Source: an uncultured Rhodobacter sp. (GTDB taxonomy: Bacteria > Pseudomonadota > Alphaproteobacteria > Rhodobacterales > Rhodobacteraceae). Taken from it: a stretch of 47,960 nt of DNA. Shown in pieces: positions 45,301 through 47,960 of the stretch (its first letter is position 1; each line of letters starts with the position of its first letter). The notes under the pieces were generated by a model. It was given only the letters and a program-made list of their open reading frames with translations. It had not been told where the DNA came from and ran no database searches. A program made the translations under genes and the position numbers. The DNA lies in NCBI GenBank assembly GCA_964469075.1, contig CAYXXQ010000001.1, positions 1-47,960 on the forward strand. The letters are read 5' to 3'.

Positions 45301-45686
45301 TACCCAGGCAAGACAACATTCTCACTGGAGTACTCTCCCGGGTAAACGACGATAACGTATCGTTTACTGGTTGAACTATCCGTGATGCTTGCTGCGGCTG
45401 CCGTTACTGTTGTGTGCTGCCCCCCGCTCTTGGCCACGGTGACGACCTGTGCTGGGCTCAGCCCTAAGAGTGCCCCAGCAGCTCCAGCGTCAGCTGCCCC
45501 TACCAGAGACCTCCCGAAAGTGGAGAAATCCGTTGACGTCACATCTGCAGACCCTGTACCGTCGAGGTACGGCAGCTTGTCCGCTGCCCAGTCCGATCGG
45601 TTCACGTACACCGGTACTCTCTGGGCATAGGCCGCCCCCGAGATGAACAGAAGTAGTGCCCAGAAACTCATAACCCGGGATCTCAT
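42399..45686 (-). CDS. 1095-aa protein with a Sec-type signal peptide, a pectin-lyase-like beta-helix region and YadA-head-like 13-aa repeats (tailspike-like or exported adhesin/depolymerase)
   Basis: The N-terminus is MRSRVMSFWALLLFISGAAYA|Q. VAKSGGQHTTVTAAAASITDSSTSKRYVIVVYPGEYSSENVVLPGYTSLIGAG is pectinesterase/beta-helix-like. There are six repeats of 13 aa (GANASNFGSAFGG AANANDHGAAVGG ...). Confidence 0.65.
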   Translation of the reverse strand: MRSRVMSFWALLLFISGAAYAQRVPVYVNRSDWAADKLPYLDGTGSADVTSTDFSTFGRSLVGAADAGAAGALLGLSPAQVVTVAKSGGQHTTVTAAAASITDSSTSKRYVIVVYPGEYSSENVVLPGYTSLIGAGDHVATTITSSSGITVTAPAAATAGNIANISIESTGDGGTVFKQTTGFCIHHNVWFSWVNSDNGASGTLLDIDGGVFSLYGGKLRYNGGGDSVGVVTHIPVAVTGSSNCTFQDVHSDCDTEDYDDNMYTYNFDSSYTGEFCIEGGEQRIDALDAAYVGAVNFVRVLGLPTKACVRSLDIEVSSAGNGTGTLLYLDSPAGGAEVQIFGVNASLTGFTTNYAGDIAAGDTAVTGSSNLIAAQGSTGAGIFTRNALVLNGDLYVTTDMHAAYIEFDDVENTYIGIDKTYPTYFAFSNDETNFWLGNASDKNIWMNYEKDADIIVGSGTGGDTDIQIHEGTANKTTLGQTGIDFDITVGVANGGINLTPNGTGTVDVVDSGVVVDQSGTGVNSPTLTLSGDNAGNAVSGVLQLIYGADPYLRISVDQDGSGTGTAVVLDIHDQAIVFGTDNTTDIGTSGANRPKNIYAAGSITGVSITDGTATLSSGSLTAAVNIDLTGHAYLPLTNDAVTPTINFGDDGDGIYSSADGYVDIATNGVRRAYFSDTVFSADAAMRLLEQAAAATSVAGYGQIYVKTGTPNTLWFADDTAAEVQLGAGGGGTTFAVNVETLADAKTIADGDPQTQLLDPDGENRDVYLPAAPAADSEFWVVNSGSRTGAFYLEVSLSGDATEYFTRVNVGGGAHFVYDSTDSLWRCVGPGFINTRTGADTYDQEFINTSIGQGANASNFGSAFGGAANANDHGAAVGGSANARNHGAAVGYAANGSVFGVGVGNGANGSNFGVAVGDNADACPVGVALGDCSDTNTHPYSTALGPYSQGARYGDVASLGTPQTKTMTFRKSEVSWYGNVTAASGATEIFLRGVGSQYAVITSSSTVVVKGLAVARDPTANESNSWEFSCTIQNDAGTTAMKSAATITTIDEDDATWVFAIDAVDSTTDYLRMQFTPDADNGTEIVIYATLVEVIE
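42940..43135. repeat. tandem 39-bp coding repeats, about 5-6 units; the two central copies are near identical
   Basis: Copies at 43018-43056 and 43057-43095 differ at only a few positions. Flanking units are more diverged. Confidence 0.8.
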
Positions 45687-45700
45687 AGTCTTGTCCTCGT

Positions 45701-46039
45701 TTATGCCCCGAGAGGCATCGTTACGTTCCAGTTTCCTGCTTCACCCTTGAAGATCATCGATTCTGGGTAAGCATACAGCACTTTGTTCTCTGCCACATCG
45801 TTCACCGTGTCCGCGCCATCCAGAACACACGTTACTTGGTTGGTGCCGGAATCGACGATCTCCAAATCCAACTCGTCTACGGCAGACGGCAGGTTGACTG
45901 TAATTGCCCCGGTGGATGAGTCCACCAGGATCCGGTAATTTCCGGACGTGTACCCCGTCAAGTCGTGTGGGCCAGCCCCGGTAAGGGGTACTTGTGTGGG
46001 TGCTAAAGAGCAGTCAGGTGCGGGGTATATCTTCGGCAT
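45701..46039 (-). CDS. hypothetical small beta-rich protein (112 aa)
   Basis: GGAG lies before the ATG and the gene is tightly packed in the TerL operon. No motif recognised. Confidence 0.5.
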   Translation of the reverse strand: MPKIYPAPDCSLAPTQVPLTGAGPHDLTGYTSGNYRILVDSSTGAITVNLPSAVDELDLEIVDSGTNQVTCVLDGADTVNDVAENKVLYAYPESMIFKGEAGNWNVTMPLGA

Positions 46040-46042
46040 TTG

Positions 46043-46363
46043 TCAACTCCTCAAAACTGAGGTCGTAGAAGTCAACCCCGTACCACAGATCCCCTTCAAC
46101 CCGGCATTCGGCAGATCTTTGTCGACCTTGGAGAATGTCAAGTATCCCCCAACCGCCATAGGCCACCCCTTGCCAAACACACAACTCGCATCATCCAGGT
46201 CACCAGGGAAGGCGTCTACCGGATTCGATCCGGTGTTCCGGACCAGTACCGATGTGACTTCCATCCCGTCAGCACTGGACACCGGTGCGAGCGAAGCAGC
46301 GAGGATCAACCCAACTGTTGCCGTTACAGATGCGTCGATTGGGGCGTAACCTTTGAAAGACAT
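46043..46363 (-). CDS. hypothetical small protein (106 aa) with one hydrophobic stretch (ATVGLILAASLAPV)
   Basis: AGGAGG lies before the ATG and the gene directly follows TerL. No motif recognised. Confidence 0.5.
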   Translation of the reverse strand: MSFKGYAPIDASVTATVGLILAASLAPVSSADGMEVTSVLVRNTGSNPVDAFPGDLDDASCVFGKGWPMAVGGYLTFSKVDKDLPNAGLKGICGTGLTSTTSVLRS

Positions 46364-46412
46364 GACTTACCTCCTGAACTGCACATATCGTTTTCGAAAT
46401 TTAGCATCTCTA

Positions 46413-47894
46413 TTACCGAGTTGCAATATCAAAACCAGAAGAGATCGCACATGGGTAGTGCGCCATCACAAAAGCATCCGCCCTATCTGGGGACTCTCCA
46501 TTTTCCGATCTGTGCTGATCCTTTGGCACCATAATCGGCCTGCCTTTCGGGTCTATCATGTACTTCCTCGTAGTCAACTGCCGAATCAGAATCGGGTCAT
46601 CCGGCACGTTGATACACTCGGCCAGCACCTTTTTCCTGATCCAAAAGTAAGCCTCTGTTATCCGATTGGCATATTCCCGTGATAGTGGCTTCCCATGGTT
46701 GTGGAATTCGAATGCTTGCCACTCCTCTTCGTAAAACGTCCCGATACACCCCTGGCCCATGCCACTGGAATCTGGCACAAAGGTACACTTGTCCTTTTTC
46801 CAATGGAAGTCCTCTGCGTACTTGATCGCCCTGCGCGTGGTCTCGGCTGGCTCTATCATCGACTTCGTCCACCATGACAACGTTGCGTTCCCTTGGATGG
46901 CGTAGATGGCGTTCTCGTCACCGCCCTTACGAGCGTAGTCCAACGAAATCTGTCTCCGGATTGCCCGGTCCCCGAACTGGGGATCGAGACACAGCTCCTT
47001 GTATCCTCGCTGATCTGGTATGAGAGTCCCCGGCTCCATCATGTACCGTAAATGCTGATCCGGTGTGTCGGTAACGAGGGGGTCAATCAGTTCCGTGGAC
47101 AACACAGCGTCTGCATCCTGCTTCGGAAACTCCCCCAACACATTCACCCGGTAGACATCCGATTCCTTACCATACTCCCTCGCCAATTGCTTGGCCTGGT
47201 CCGAGTTGTAGTAGGGACTGACGGTCTCTTCAGCGTTCCAGTGCAATTGCACCCAGGTATGCTTGTCTGGTCCGTAGAAGCAGTCAAAGAACGCACTGGA
47301 GCGAATTGACGGGTTCCCGATCGCCAGCATCCAGTTATCCGGACCTGTCAGCGTGCTCTTGTACACATGCCACATCTGCCGATCGATAGCACTCGCCTCT
47401 TCGAAGATCACCCCCATGTGGTTCTCATGCTGCCCCCTGGCGCGGTCGGAGTCCCGAGCAGCCTTCAGCATGCACCCCCAAACGTTCTGTTTCCGATTCA
47501 AGATCCCGAACCCGGTCTCAGTGAAGTCGAAGATATTCTGCAGGACAGCGTTGGCTTCAGGGTTCTCGACGATCAGTTTCTTGGCCTGGGCCAGCCAAGC
47601 ATCCTTACACTGAGACATGGTAGGCGCCGTCACGATCAGCTTATGGCTGCGGTGCCGAATAGACGCAAACATCCCCACGATACCGGCAGTAAACGTCTTC
47701 CCTGGCCCCATTCCCGACCGCACAGCAATGCGCCTCGAACCCTTCTGTACTTGGTCAAGCAACTCTTCTTGCTGGGATGTTGGGGTTACCCCGATCTCAC
47801 GACAAAAATTGTAAATGTCTGCTGTGAGGTATTGTAGGTAATCCTCAAACGGGTTGTGAGTGTTTTTTGATGTTAGGAACATCGCCCACCCCAC
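46413..47894 (-). CDS. terL: terminase large subunit (493 aa from GTG 47894; ATG at 47882 is an alternative start)
   Basis: Walker A is RSGMGPGKTF and Walker B is MGVIFEEAS. Nuclease motifs are FVPDSSGMGQG and SPDRADAF. Confidence 0.9.
   Translation of the reverse strand: MGWAMFLTSKNTHNPFEDYLQYLTADIYNFCREIGVTPTSQQEELLDQVQKGSRRIAVRSGMGPGKTFTAGIVGMFASIRHRSHKLIVTAPTMSQCKDAWLAQAKKLIVENPEANAVLQNIFDFTETGFGILNRKQNVWGCMLKAARDSDRARGQHENHMGVIFEEASAIDRQMWHVYKSTLTGPDNWMLAIGNPSIRSSAFFDCFYGPDKHTWVQLHWNAEETVSPYYNSDQAKQLAREYGKESDVYRVNVLGEFPKQDADAVLSTELIDPLVTDTPDQHLRYMMEPGTLIPDQRGYKELCLDPQFGDRAIRRQISLDYARKGGDENAIYAIQGNATLSWWTKSMIEPAETTRRAIKYAEDFHWKKDKCTFVPDSSGMGQGCIGTFYEEEWQAFEFHNHGKPLSREYANRITEAYFWIRKKVLAECINVPDDPILIRQLTTRKYMIDPKGRPIMVPKDQHRSENGESPDRADAFVMAHYPCAISSGFDIATR
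47835..47889. repeat. copy 1 of a 55-bp perfect direct repeat (period 71 bp) spanning the TerL start
   Basis: TAGGTAATCCTCAAACGGGTTGTGAGTGTTTTTTGATGTTAGGAACATCGCCCAC was read at 47835-47889 and again at 47906-47960. Confidence 0.9.
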
Positions 47895-47905
47895 CCGGGT
47901 AGTCC

Positions 47906-47960
47906 TAGGTAATCCTCAAACGGGTTGTGAGTGTTTTTTGATGTTAGGAACATCGCCCAC
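47906..47960. repeat. copy 2 of the 55-bp direct repeat, ending exactly at the window end
   Basis: Identical to 47835-47889. The window terminates at its last base. Confidence 0.9.

Larger units (their letters stand above)
1..47960. mobile_element. tailed dsDNA phage genome, near complete (siphovirus-type gene set); no integration or lysogeny genes seen
   Basis: The window contains TerL, portal, protease/scaffold, decoration protein, major capsid, connectors, major tail, G/GT chaperones, tape measure, distal tail proteins and a full replication module. No bacterial housekeeping genes are present. Genes are organised in two convergent arms. Confidence 0.9.

Noticed and set aside
1-47960. Possibility that this is an integrated prophage with flanking host DNA
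   Set aside because: There is no integrase or excisionase, no att-like flanking repeats at both ends, and no host genes. Phage genes run to both ends of the window.

Overview
The window reads as one near-complete tailed dsDNA phage genome of about 48 kb, of the siphovirus type with a long non-contractile tail. No integrase, repressor, tRNA or CRISPR array is recognisable.

Layout:
- Left arm, + strand, 60-17232: tightly packed and often ATGA-coupled small early genes, then ThyX, a DUF4031 protein, and a replication/recombination block. That block holds an AEP primase fused to an SF3 helicase, a Cas4/RecB-like nuclease fusion, an SNF2 helicase, a family A DNA polymerase, a beta-clamp-like protein and a RuvC-like resolvase.
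- Right arm, - strand, 47894 down to 17186: TerL, two small ORFs, and a 1095-aa protein with a signal peptide and beta-helix/YadA-like repeats. Next come two envelope-targeted small proteins and a DUF1353 protein.
- After an inverted + strand segment (portal plus a 185-aa protein), the - strand continues with a lambda-like head module: XkdF-like protease/scaffold, gpD-like decoration protein and gpE-like major capsid protein.
- The rest of the - strand holds connectors, the major tail protein, a G/GT chaperone pair, a 1645-aa tape measure, and a distal tail module.
- The distal tail module resembles the RcGTA g12-g15 set, but two extra genes are inserted before it, one of them a roughly 15-blade beta-propeller protein.

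Observations most worth follow-up:
- the exported-protein cluster inside the late operon (41213-45686)
- the propeller insertion after the tape measure
- the Cas4-like nuclease fused to a perfect-repeat linker and a zinc ribbon
- the inverted portal segment with a palindromic AT-rich divergent region
- a textbook A_AAA_AAG frameshift site
- a GC-rich three-way RNA-like structure and a 25-nt perfect in-frame repeat in the early region
- a 55-bp/71-bp-period duplication at the right contig end

All family assignments come from motif recognition by eye and from memory. No database search was run. Domain boundaries are approximate.
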